This document shows, piece after piece, positions 47,476-60,400 of a stretch of 64,000 bases of DNA; the stretch's first letter is position 1, and the number at the start of each line of letters is the position of its first letter. The DNA is from Podarcis erhardii. Taxonomy: Eukaryota. Where the stretch lies: assembly GCA_964252035.1 (NCBI GenBank), contig OZ176201.1. One strand, given 5' to 3'. A model generated the notes under the pieces. That model did no database searches, had not been told where the DNA came from, and saw only the letters and a list, made by a program, of their open reading frames with translations. The position numbers were made by a program, and so were the translations under genes.

Positions 47476-50400
47476 TATAGCACAAATAATTTGCCTCTCT
47501 CATTCAAGTGTTGGAACAGTAAATACATTTAGTGGTAGTATTCCACTAAGTTTTACTCAGGGTAGACCCGCTGACATTAATGGGTGGCATTCAATGTAGT
47601 GCTAAGTGAGGTTAACTGTTAACCCAACAAGACTAGCTCCTAACCCTCCAGAGCAATTTTAAGTAGCACAGCAAGGCAGGGAGAAGCTGGGAAAGTCCTT
47701 TCACATGAACAGACCTCAAGTACACAAGAACTTAGCTGAATTCTACCCAATGACCCTAGTCTGGTTATATTCATGAATTTAAATGGGTCTACTCAGAGCA
47801 AAACGCAGCACATTTTCAAAATACAGCAGTCTTTGAAAACAGGTCAGATTTTGAATGGTTACCCCCTCCTCCAGCCACACCCCATATGGCCTTGGATCCC
47901 ATCTGACCCTTCAATTCCAGAACTGCCATAATCAATGACAGGACATTAGATCTGGAAAAGAGACATGTTAAATTGTCTTCAGGGTTAGCTGTAGATCCTT
48001 TGATCACACAGATCAGATTGTTAATCATTTTTGGAGGCAGGAATATTTTGCCCCCTGAATAGCTTAAACTATGTGAGATTAGGTTTCCATTTCATAGAAC
48101 ATTATCATTAAACTCACCTGTGAAAGTCATCATATTTTATTTTGCAAGTATCTTCTTGAGGCCTGCTGTCTGCTTGCTCTACACTTGCAGCCTTGTGAAG
48201 ATCAGGAATTCCTATATTCTGTCGTAGACCACTATTCTGGTTAACTTGCAGTTCTACCACAACATGGCCACCACATGGGAAGGGTATTATTAAAGGTGAT
48301 TCAGTTAACAAGGGAGACAAGATGCACAAACCTTGCATGCTACCTGCTCCTGAGTTGCACTTTCCCCTAGTCTTCCTGCAAAGGTGTACAAAAGTTGAAT
48401 TCCAATTATTAATATAGCAACTGATTACCTACAGATTTCGCGACGTGGTAATTCAGTTTTACTAGCAAACCAAAGGGTAAATAAACCCCTTTCCAGCCCT
48501 GGGAGGAACTTGGAGAGCATTTTTATGACACACCTACACACTGCAGCCAAGCTCTGGGCTACTGGGTAAACCTCACAATGATACAACCCACTCCAAGGGA
48601 GTCTGACATTTAACAATAGCATCAGGGTTCAGCTACAATGGGTTAGAAAGATCCACAGGTACCCTTATGGTTTTAGAAGGGTGTTTTGATCTTACAAAAG
48701 ACCCCCCCCCCAAACTTAAGGCAGGCAAGTCATTTTCAATATACTCAAATGTCAGAAAATAATATTTCCCTTTTCCCCTCGCTTCCCTGAAAAATCTGCT
48801 TGGGAGGGATGAGGAGCTCCTCAGAATAGTTCAAGAATAGTACAAGTGGCCTGTTGGAAAAATTACTGGCAAAAGTCATCTCACATCCTTCCACTTGTAG
48901 AAGCATTCACCAGAGTGAATGCTTTTTTAAATGGACTCCCTAAGTGAATGATAGAACATTTTTGGATCCAACCCAATGTGATTACAACAAATTGTTGATG
49001 GTTGAGTAAAGCTATACAGCTTTAATGTTTATAGCCACTTTCTTTTGTGTGGACAGTCAAGAATGACAATTTGTCATTCTGTCTGGATGCCAGAGTACTG
49101 GTTTGCGTGAAGTATATGAATCAAAACGTTATCCACTCCTTTCAGGAAAAGGCATAGCATTTTAGTATAATATTGAGGCCAAAGCTTTTGTTCTACCTAT
49201 CACCAAATTCATTTTGGCGTTGCTATCTTTTCTAAGTGCTTCAACTTGATGCAATGCCTGGGGAAATGGCTAAGCTAAAGGACTTTCCATGTTCCAGGCT
49301 GCTGTTAAGCTCAGATCCTCATTACTGGAAGACAGCCACCATTCAAAGGAAAGTCTAAGCAGCTCTTCAGAGATCTGAGGTGGTGTCTGTATGGAACATA
49401 GGTGTTCTAAATGATATATGAATCACCAAGATCTTCACACTCAACCTCCTTTGGTAATTTATGCAACAATCAAAGCTTATCAGGTGGAAAATCAGGGACA
49501 CTTGAAATGCAGAATACGGCCTCCAGCAGAATACAATCTGCAAATTTTGCAGCATTAAAAGCAGGCTGTAAGTTTTATGATGATTATCTGACAGCTGTAC
49601 AAGGCTTTTGCAGCCTATCAGACTTGCTTTTGTAAGAGTGACATTTCCCGATAGCTCTGTTAAGGTACAAACAGTGCTTTTTCTAACTACAGTCATATCT
49701 TCTATTGGAAGCTGCAAATGACAAAGCTCATCTGATTTCCATTTTAATTATGAAGCGACTAATTCATGAGTAAACAAGAGGCCAAACATTGTTTTCTTTG
49801 TAGCACCACATTTTAAATCTGATTTGTCGATAAATGCATTTTTAAAGTCCCTTAGGTTTGCTGCGATGAACCATTGCCACTAGCTTTAACACATCATAAA
49901 CAGAACATTACAGCTCTCCTAACTCTAGAGAATGGTTAGATGCCTAAAGATGACAAAAAGGCACAGAGCATCACAGAACCTTCATTAGCAGTGAGTGGCA
50001 GGGAGTTGCAGGCAGGGTACACCTGGCTTCCCAATGTCAATGCCACTGAGAGGGGGAAGGACAAAGGATGGGTGTGTGAAAGATGGAAAGAGCCAATCCA
50101 ATGCTTCTGCAGCAGGTTTATAAGCAAAAGGACCAGTGGTTGTCTACTGGCATATGGTATTCCCGTTGGGTTGACCCAGTTGATGGAATGCCGAAGACTT
50201 AAGTCAATGCTGTCTTAACACAGCAAACTATTGGAACTTGATAATTTACTAAAATTACAGCGTTTTGACCTAGTGCTGCATGTGACTTCTGTATCATCTT
50301 CTATTCCCTCGTGCGGGCAGAAAAATAACACCAGCTTGTGCGCTTTTTGTTCCCAAGTTCTGGTGTACAGAGCTGAAAATTATGTTTTCAGGAGCATCTT

Positions 50401-50656
50401 TCCCCCGAGAAGCCCAATAGCTCTTTCCTGGTTTGTTAGGCATGCCCTATTGAACAATGTATCAGCATGGAAGCTTGACCAATTAAGGCATGGACTGAAA
50501 CTTTTTTTGTAATACTTCTTTCAATTGAGTTTTCCTTGTGGGAGACTCTACCTAAAGTATGACGTTTCATGATTTACAAGACTTTCTTTAGCAGGTTTTA
50601 GGAGCTAGAGTTATCTCTAAACTGTATTGTGTGTATTATGTATTATGCATGCAGTG

Positions 50657-50865
50657 CAGTGATACCTTGGGTTACATACGCTTCAGGTTACATACTCTGC
50701 TAACCCAGAAATATTACCTCAGGTTAAGAACTTTGCTTCAAGATGAGAACAGAAATCGTGCAGCGGCAGGCCGCATTAGCTAAAGTGGTGCTTCAGGTTA
50801 AGAACAGTTTCAGGTTAAGAACAGACCTCCAGAACAAATTAAGTATGTAACCAGAGGTACCACTG
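50657..50865. mobile_element. Tigger-like MITE, same family, about 500 bp downstream of the NOL11 stop
   Basis: Degenerate left TIR, intact right TIR GAGGTACCACTG followed by TA. Confidence 0.82.
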
Positions 50866-51379
50866 TACTTTCAAGCTCCTGACACAATTTACCTACAACG
50901 TTTATATTAGGTATGAACTTTGCTGTTGTGATTTACTTTTCCTGTGTTAGTGTTAGGGTTAAGTCTACAAGACTAAGTGTAAACAAGCTAAGACCTCTTT
51001 TGAGAAATGCATGTTGCTTTCCTAATGACACCTTCTTGTCTTTAGTGGATCTTAAAGTGGATCTTAGCTATGGTTTATACATATATACATGATATTCAGG
51101 TTGGATGTTGTAGTCGTAATGTAACTTACAGCAGCCTCTGCCATCCTGGTGCCCTCCAGATATCAAAGGCTTCAAATCCCATCTGCCCCAGTCCAAAACA
51201 TCTGGAAGGCACCAAGTTAGAAAAGACGGCCTTGAAGGGGTATCAGTACAGTTCACCAATGAGAATTCTGGTATTAATAAGCTATTACAAGGTAGAACAG
51301 ATGAGCCGGAATGCAAAGAGGAAGAAAAATGTCCACAGTAGATTCGTAACAATAATTTTATGAGAAACATGTGACTTAT

Positions 51380-51493
51380 TCATACAAGTTTCAGAACTTC
51401 AATGGAATATAAGCCCACATCATCTGGGTTCTGTATCCTTTGCAAATGCCTCAGGCTTCCTTCAATCTTGTTGAGTTCTGAGTAAAAACGTAC
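51380..51493 (-). CDS. NOL11: NOL11 terminal coding exon (114 nt including TGA)
   Basis: tttAG|GTA CGT TTT; encodes [37 protein letters not shown]. Confidence 0.95.
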   Translation of the reverse strand, partial: VRFYSELNKIEGSLRHLQRIQNPDDVGLYSIEVLKLV

Positions 51494-54400
51494 CTAAAAG
51501 AGGAGGGAAACAAATAAGACTTGTTCGTATTTCCTGCCAGCCCTTTATAAACATTGCTTTTATTCCCACAAGTGACACTACTGTTGCCTTCATGCAAAAG
51601 GGCAGCGTGTGATATCAAACAAAGGATAACATTTGTGGTTTTCAAAAGGAAGCTCGGTTTGGTATCACCACCTACAACGTTCAACCTTCGTGCTTCTGGT
51701 GCTGCAATTTCAAAAGGAAGGGAAACTTACTTGGGCTCTAACAAACTTGTGCAGCTTAGTAAGTAATTCTCTTGCTTCTGGTAACATCACAATAACTGTA
51801 AAGTGAGCATCTAGGAGAAGGCATATCCAGTCCATGATCTGAAAATTAAACCAGTGATAGACAAGCGTAAGCTAGTGATACCTCAACCTTCAGCACATGC
51901 ATGAGAAAGTCAGCACCAATTATTAGACAGAATTCCACTGCCTTATAATTTTATTGAGTGACATGTGCCCTACCGTGAGCAGAACCAATTTCCTTTTGTG
52001 CAATGGGGCTTCTGATTTTAATCTAGCCCTCCATTCCAGTGCCCCCCCACCTCAAGTTTTCTGAGCAGATTTGGGGGACCCTCTAAAGCTCCTGCACATT
52101 TAGGGAGTACAGAAGTTGGTGGGAGGAGAGGCAGGAAAATTCTGTTCATGCAGCCTTCAGATGCAACTCTCTGCACTGAAATGGAAAATAACGATATTTT
52201 ACAGAAGATAGTCATTTCTGTACAGTCATGCATATGATGAAGTGGGTTGTAGTCTACAAAAGCTTATGCCATTATAGATTTCTTGAAATTGGATTCAATG
52301 ATGGTCCTACCCAAAATTAATTTCAATAGGGCTAATGGGTAGGACTTAGCTGAGCACAACCCAATGTTTTAATGGTACCACAAGACTTGCTTAGCTTTTA
52401 TGCAAAAGACTAACACTCAGGAAATAATTTCTTTATAATATAAAAGCTTCTCTGCCACACTTTTGGCAAGAAATGTACATGCAGCACATTTAAATTTAAA
52501 ACAATCTTGGCTGCCGAGTGGGAGGGAGTTGAAACTGTCATATTTCAACAATGATTCTGCAAATATAACAGTGTGTAATGCAGGCATAGCTAAGCAACTG
52601 CTTATAGGAGCAGAATTTCAAAGGCAATCATGAAAGTCACAGACCAGCAAGTACTTCCCTGTCTCACTGTATGATTCTATCCCATTGTAAGGGATCCTAT
52701 CAATGCTATCTTGTCAACTTTCAGATCTGTTTCCCAAACCAAGTTAGCTAGGGCAATAACATCATTCAAAATTGGGAAACAGATCAATACCACATCATGT
52801 GTGTTAACAATCCTTCTGTCACTGCACCATAAGCAACTGGAGGAGGGAAGCATATTTTTCTTTAACCATGAAAAAGGGAACCAAGGATCCTATAAAACAA
52901 TTTCTGCCATAAGAGCCCAAGTCTCACTTTTAGAATAAACATTAATTGAAGACAGTTATGTTTACCATTGGGCTGAAACGGACTCTGAATACACAGAGGA
53001 GTGCACATGCAGATCTAGTCCTTTCAATGAAGCAGACATCTAGAGTTGAAACATAGATGCTGATAACTCACAAGAACAATGATGAATTTAATTCCCACCT
53101 GCCCCTTACCTGGTTTATCGACAGACAAAATATTACAGGAAGGTCTACAGCAGCCTCTTCATTGCACTTCATGTACAGATACTGCAGATACCGGAGAAAT
53201 AACTAGGAAGAAAAAAATATTTTAAAGTAGTATTTCAATTTTAAGTATATACAATACAGAATTTTTAATATACTTGCAATCGAGTATTCAGTCATTAAAA
53301 AAAATAAATGTCTCAATTTTCTTTCTACAACTCAGTTCAGGGATCTTACTATATCACCAATCTATGCTGACTTTTTCCATGCAGAAACAAATATAAAATG
53401 CAAAGCAAGCCTGCCTTCCTATATTGATTTCAAATTCAGACATAACAAATATACATCAGGCCTGTAACAGCTTGCATAGAAGTGAAACTTCTGAAGGTCC
53501 TCAGTCTAATCTGACCAATGTTATGCAGTAATTCCACCCTCCCTTTCTAATTTATATAATATATAATAATCTGTGTAAGTGCAGCAAATTTAATCATGAA
53601 CACATCCTGAAGCTTACACTAACATTATACCTGAAGTTTACAACTATCACTACCAGAGGCTGAGGAGGTTCTACAGAACCAGTGTGGGATGAAATATCAT
53701 TCAGTGGATACTTATCTATTTATCACAGAAATAATCAACATGGATTTAGATATGCGATATTTAGATATGGATTTCATAACTGAAAAAGTTCATTGATAAC
53801 TTAATTTCTCTAAAAGCCACAAGATGCTCAAAGAACAAATATGTAATCAACAATGATATCTAGAAACAGTCAAGAGAGGAGTCACTACTTACAATGACTT
53901 GCTCAGCTGAGAGATCTTTCAGATGAGGCAAAAGAAATGTCTCACTGTATGCTGAACGAAGAATGGTGTTTCTGCGTAAGATTCAGGTCATAGGGTCAAG
54001 GACCAATGTGCATTAAGATTTTTGTTGTATCCCAGCCTACCCACCAAATTCTTTAAGAGTAACATTCTTGAAAAAGAAAGCATTTTCTTAAAAGGCTAAC
54101 AAAATAGGTTAGAACTGCAGTCTTCTTTCCGCAAGTTGAAGGGATCCTTCTGCCAAGGAAGGGACCAAGGTTCAACAGAAGCTCTCAGTGAAGGAAGGAG
54201 TGGAGGAGGCAGCAAACTGCTAACTCCCCATACAGCACTGGAGATGGTGCAGCAAAATACCACCTTCACCATTCCTTCACAATTGTTAAATCTCCAAGAA
54301 ATGAGGTTCCAACATAGTGGAACAATACGCCACAGGTGCCACATAACCGTTCCGCATCTGTTAAGAACAACTATATTTATTGTGCAAAGGATACAGCAAC

Positions 54401-57400
54401 GTTGCCTTCTGTGGTCCAACAGGGCATATTTCTCCTGTGTATGTCATGTAAGATTTCTGAGTTAACGGTGTGTCACAGATGTCTTTTTCCAGGAGCTCAG
54501 AATTGAAGCCGTTCTGTAGAACTTTAGACTGCTTTCCCATTCTGTTGTTGTGCGCAGTATCAACACAACCTGCTACAGAATCTAAATTCACATTCATTCC
54601 TTCAAGGCGGTCATCACCAATGCTAGGAAGAAAAAGAAAAGTCCCCAGATGCTGATATTAGTTTAAAACGGCATTTTATAAGAAATTTCTGAAATTGACA
54701 TTTCATAACAACATCAATAACTACTATCTGGGATTAAGATGTACAGAAGAACATGCCTTTCCATGCATGTCTAGAGAAGTCTCTACATTCAATTTGTGTT
54801 GGTTGATTAATAATAATAATAATATTATTATTTATAGCCCGCCCATCTGGCTGGGCTACCCCAGCCACTCTGGGTGGCTTCCAACAAAGTATTAAAATAT
54901 AGTGGTCTGTTAAACATTAAAAGCTTCCCTAAACAGGGCTGCCTTCAGCCTCCCGTAACACAATATCCCATAACACACAAAATTGCATTTTAGAGATGAC
55001 TGCGCATTTGGAGAATGCCTAAAGTCATCAGGTAGTTAATTTACTCTTCCTGATTTCATATACTAACCTTTTCTGACTGCAGTCAATTAAAAAAGATGAT
55101 TCAGCATTTTCTAAATGAAAATGTCTCTAAAACAATGGAAATCTCATCTGATAACTGCAATGGAGTTCATTATGAACAGCTTTCATACACAAGGGAATTA
55201 AAGAGGGTAAAATACATGTCATTTCTACTTCTCGCCAAAGTGGTAGGCTAGTGTCCATACACCATGGTGTCTCTGAAGTTCCTTTATTACCCACAAAGTA
55301 ATTTGATGAGAAAAAATAGTACTTCAAAGCAAACAATTGCAAGCATTATCAATAAAAATGTAGGATAAATTGCTTGATACTGACCTTAGGAAAGTCCTCA
55401 GGCAAGCACAGGTAATTGCTTCAGGGATGTCAGGAAACTGCTGGAGACATAGTTGTAACAAGTGGACATCTGTTTTCTCCAAGGCAACTGCCATTAGATC
55501 TGGGCACATACTTGAACAAAAGGGTAAACAGTTACATCTCCGGATATAATTGTAATTAGTTAAATATTAACTTTTATCCACAAAAATATTTCAGGTTTCT
55601 GGGAGCACCACAGGTTCACAAGAAATCAGTTCCTGATAAGCCACTATTCTCAAAGTTCCTGAAGGATTCCAGTTCCTTAAATTTCATTATAAAATAAGAG
55701 AGATGCGAGTGGAACTGTGGTCCAAACCACCGAGCCTCTTGGGCTTGCCGATCGGAAGGTCGGTGGTTCAAATCCCCACAGTGGGGTGAGCCTCCATTGC
55801 TGCCCCAGCTTCTGCCAACCTAGCAGCTTGAAAACATGTCAGTGCAAGTAGATAAACAGGTACCACTGTGGCGGAAAGGTAAATGGCGTTTCTGTGTGCT
55901 CTGGCTTCCGTCATGGTGTTCTGTTGTGCCAGAAGCAGTTTAGTCATGCTGGCCACGTGACCCAGAAAGCTGTCTGCGGACAAATGCCAGCTTCCTTGGC
56001 CTGAAGCAAGATGAGTGCCACACCCCATAGTCGCTTTTGACTGGACTTAACCGTTCAGGGTTCCTTTACCTTTTTACCTTTTTATCTTATTATAAAATAA
56101 ATACTAGCTCACCTGTAAGAGAGGCCTTGTGTCTGGATAATTTGCACCAGGCAATTCTGAGGGTAAAATGAGGACTCTCTTTTACACCTGTTCACAAGAG
56201 CAGATAGTACGCATCCAACTGATGCTTGAAAGTCTGGTATCTGAGTACTGGAGAAAAATGTCTTCAGCTTTTCTTCAATTACATTCTGAGAAGAATCCTG
56301 AAAGAGAGTATTTTGTTCAACAGTCCCAGAAAACCAGCTTTAACTAGCCAAAGTAATTAAAAGTAATCTTGGTCGCCCTATGAGTTTTAATTCATTAACT
56401 GTGCAATCCTACGCATAACTACTCAGAGGTCGATCCCATTAAGTTCAATGAGTCTTACTCTCATGTGAATGCATAAGATTGCAGCCGAAACCTACATGAG
56501 AATGTTTTGTAAGAAACAAAAGCACTGCCTTTAGATGCCTGGATGTGTCACAGGAGTTCTTTCTGGTGATGATGGCAAGGAATGCCATGGTATATGGGTG
56601 GAGGAGGGGATGGGAAAACCTCCCTACATGAGCCTTCCCCTCCCCTTACAGTACTCAGGCTCTAAATCATAAGATTTTTCAGCAATACTGTCTTAACATG
56701 AATGAAAACACTACTAGAACATTGGATTCAATAGCAAACATTTGCATCTGCTTTAATTTTTAAATGGAAACTTTTTGATAAGCATTGCCCCCTAGGTAGA
56801 AAGGTGATTTAGAACAGTTGCTTATTACTTGCAAAAAAATCTGTCACCCAGCACAACTGTGCTGGTTGTGAGAACTACCAGGAACATAGGAGCCAACTCC
56901 TAGGGGCTGTGGGGGCTTCGGCCCCCACAATATTAGTGGGGGCTGGGCCGCAACAAAGTTGATGAGCATTTCCTTTCAAATGGTATGTGTGCTCTGCATC
57001 ATGTGATCAATTATGCAGGACGGAGCTTACCTGGGCCCCCACAATATTTATTCAAGTTGGCACCCCTGACCAGGAACTCTGGAGGGCACCATGTTGGGTC
57101 AAGGTTTCAGTTGTTATTTCAGTTTAGCAAAGAGGAATGAAAAATTGCTGATCTAGTTCAGTCACATATTTACATTGCTAAAAAGCACAGCAAACCAGGT
57201 TTCGTTTTGCTAAAGTTGAAAGATGGGAGTATAAACCATGGTTTATTAAATCACTGTCTGATTGAAACCCTGCCCAACAGCTTAACTATAGTTTGTTTAC
57301 TGCCAACAAACCATGCTCTGAAGGTATGGTTTGCTGCTGGTTTATGAACTGTGGTTTGTTTCAACTGCGGCATGGAGTTATATGATTTGTTTGGTACCCC

Positions 57401-60400
57401 AGCCCTGATGCTCATCAAGCTACAAAAGGCATGAGGGAAGAGGAGCTGGAAAACAAACTATTGTTTGTTTGATCAGCGGTGAGACGATTCATTGGTTTGG
57501 TCTGCACATGTTATACCAACATGTGGCTTCATGTGAATGAGCAGCCATGTGGGTACTTGGAGCAAACAAAAGTAGCTGCCTCCCTCTTCTCCCATTCCTG
57601 TCCTACATAAATGAAGTTATAAGCAAGCTAATGGAAGCAGCGGCGGAGCAGGCCAATCAGGCACCTGGGACAGCGTGCATGTCCTGCACCTGCGGAGCAG
57701 GACCAGCTGCCCATGGGGCGGGACCAGCTGGGGCAGGACGCTCCTTGGGGCCTCCGAGGAGTCTGCCTACCCCCTGCCACTCAGCCACCCTACAGCTAAG
57801 GGGAGAAGCAGTGGGCAGACCGTTTGGGGCAGCCCAGAGTCTGCAGGCGCAGAAGCCACCACGTCACCCCCAGGAGAGATGTGTGGCTCGGGCATTCTGC
57901 AGGCCCAAGGTGAGTGTCGCCCAGCATTTTGTCACCCCCCTCAGTGTTGACACCTGGGGCACCCCCCCCCCCCGCCCCTGAATACAAGCTCTGTTAGAAT
58001 AAATTTTATGTAAAATCTCCAATTCTACTTTGTAAATACAGCTCTATATTTCAGTGGGATTCTAGCTTTGCCATATAATTACTTGGCTGATAAAACCCCA
58101 CAAAGGTGTCCAATTGCTCTCACAATATCAACCAACAGTTACTGTAACACTTGAAGGACCAATATTGTAAATTTGGTTTAATCATACAGTGGTGCCCCGC
58201 AAGACGAACGCCTCGCAAGACGGAAAACCCGCTAGACGAAAGGGTTTTCCGTTTTGGAGGTGCTTCGCTAAACGAATTTCTCTATGGGCTTGCTTCGCAA
58301 GACGAAAAAATCTTGCGAGTTCCCGCGGGGATTTTTCGCTTTTTTTCGCCCTTTCCCTAAGCGCTAAGCCGCTTATCAGCTGTTCCGCTGATAAGCCACT
58401 TCTCAGCTGATCACTAAAAGCCGCTAGACCGCTAATAGCGCTAATCCACTAAGCTGTCAATGGGCTTGCTTCGCAAGACGAAAAAACCGCTATACGAAGA
58501 GCCTCACGGAATGGATTCTTTTCGTCTTGCGAGGCACCACTGTAGTGCTTAATCACAGTGATCTGAGCTGTGTACAAGAGACCCAATTTGGTAAGACTTA
58601 AAACAAGTTCAAACTGAAAGTCAGAGTTCAATTTAAAAGTCTGATGGAAAAAAGAAATTTGCCAATTTCTTTTTTAAGAAGTTAGTATACATATTTTTTA
58701 ATATTGTGCATCTGTATACCATATTTCCTGATACCATTTTTTCTAGTTAAAGCATAAGTGATATCTTGTTCTCTACCCAAACACTCCACCTTTCCTAAGT
58801 GTTTTTCTTATGGGTGTGGTATAAATAATAAATTATTATATTTACCTTGATAATTAAAAGCAGCTGTTCCATTGTCAGAGTCTCCAGTTGAGTTTTTGCA
58901 TCCATGCTCTTTCTTGACCTCAACTGCAAGTATTTAAACATGCATAGTAAGATTCTTTGAGAATTAAAGTTCCATGACAGTTAAAGAAAAAGAACAGCCA
59001 ATGGTAACACGCATCCTGGACCAATTACAACTAGTTTTAGAAATTCTGCCAGCAGATTCAATTCACTGGTAGTTATATTCTCTTTTGATCATCAAAACAA
59101 AAATGTTTTAAGGACAAAACAGGTTAATAATTTAATAAAGGAAAGAGATATGCAAGCATCAGTTTTGATCTTTTTAGAAGAGGTAGAGAGAGATATCCAA
59201 GATTATGAAAAATATTTCAATATGCAGATTTTAGCACATGATCTTTGTTCCTGCCGAGAGCCACAATTTCTAAAGGACAATTTGTCTAAGGTCACCTTCT
59301 AGCAGTGGGTGGTGGTAGAGTTAAAAAAATGTTCTGGATTAACTAATCCAGAATAAAGAGCACCCTGTTTCAGTAGTGAATTAGATTTCCCAATCCTATG
59401 CAAGTCTGCCTTGAAATTCACCCAAACTTAAGAAAGAAAGATATATATTTTTTAGTACAATGGTCCAATACAACTAATTTTCTGGAAAGCATTTATTAGT
59501 AATTCCTTTTTTACTTTACTATGACATACATGCTTACCAATTTGTTTGCTGGCAGCTAGGAATATCTTTTCTGAAGTCATAAATCCACAGATATTTTTTA
59601 AAAAAATATTTTTTATCAAAATAAATAGGGATGGGTATGCAACTTGATGACCCACTGTCAAACCACCATGTTTGTAAAATGGGGGGGGGGGGAGGAAGCA
59701 AATGGAATAGGAATTTTTTACTGATTCTTCCTGTGGAGCCCCATGGAGCTGGCTGAAAAGCTGTTCCACAGGGTTGGAGGATCCTCTGGAATAGTATAAT
59801 GAGTTTAGAAGAACGTTGGGCAAAATATTCCTGCACTGAAGGGGGTTGGATTAGATGACCCCCGTGATCTCTTGCAACTCTACATTCTATGATTCTGTGG
59901 CACCGAAGAAAGGGGGAAATAGGTGATTAGTGCACCCTGCTAGAGCTTGATCCCCCCTAGTACAATTTAGCAAATGCTTTCAGGACTAATATTTTGTGCT
60001 CCCTGCCCCCCCCCCCGGAAACAAGGTAACTATTTAAGATCAATTTGTAATCAAGTGATGTGAAAAGTTATTCATGACTATAAGATCAGACTGCAAAAGC
60101 TTAATCTGGATTAAACCCCAAGTATTCAAGTGAAAATCTTCCAAAAACCAAAGAGTGGACTGACATTTCCCAATTTCAACTGTAACCATTATGCAGATCA
60201 GAGAGGTTAAACTTCATCGTTAAAAGCTGGACTACAATTCCCTTAAATTCAATAGCCGAGTTTCTTTTCGTAATGATTGGAACTCCCTGCTTTGCACTGC
60301 CTATTAACGTTCTGGCTGTATTGCACAGAAACCAAGGATACTTAAGGAATTTTGGTATCTTGTACGGATTCCTTAAAATGGTTTGCCTTTTTGTTGAAAA

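Noticed and set aside
48425-48622. SGLYHCEV resembling an Ig-domain F-strand motif, and an in-frame join to 48375
   Set aside because: The canonical Asp and an upstream Cys/Trp are missing, a stop lies just before the ATG, and the join would need a 53-nt intron, implausibly short for an amniote.
51839-53109. Intronic H/ACA snoRNA (human NOL11 hosts SNORA38B)
   Set aside because: I could not find a convincing match or H/ACA box layout by eye; an Infernal search would be needed.
59452-59823. ORF containing VEQLFS as a possible NOL11 exon
   Set aside because: The real exon 11 with proper splice sites and phase is 58846-58923; this ORF overlaps a CR1 relic and has no matching splice sites.
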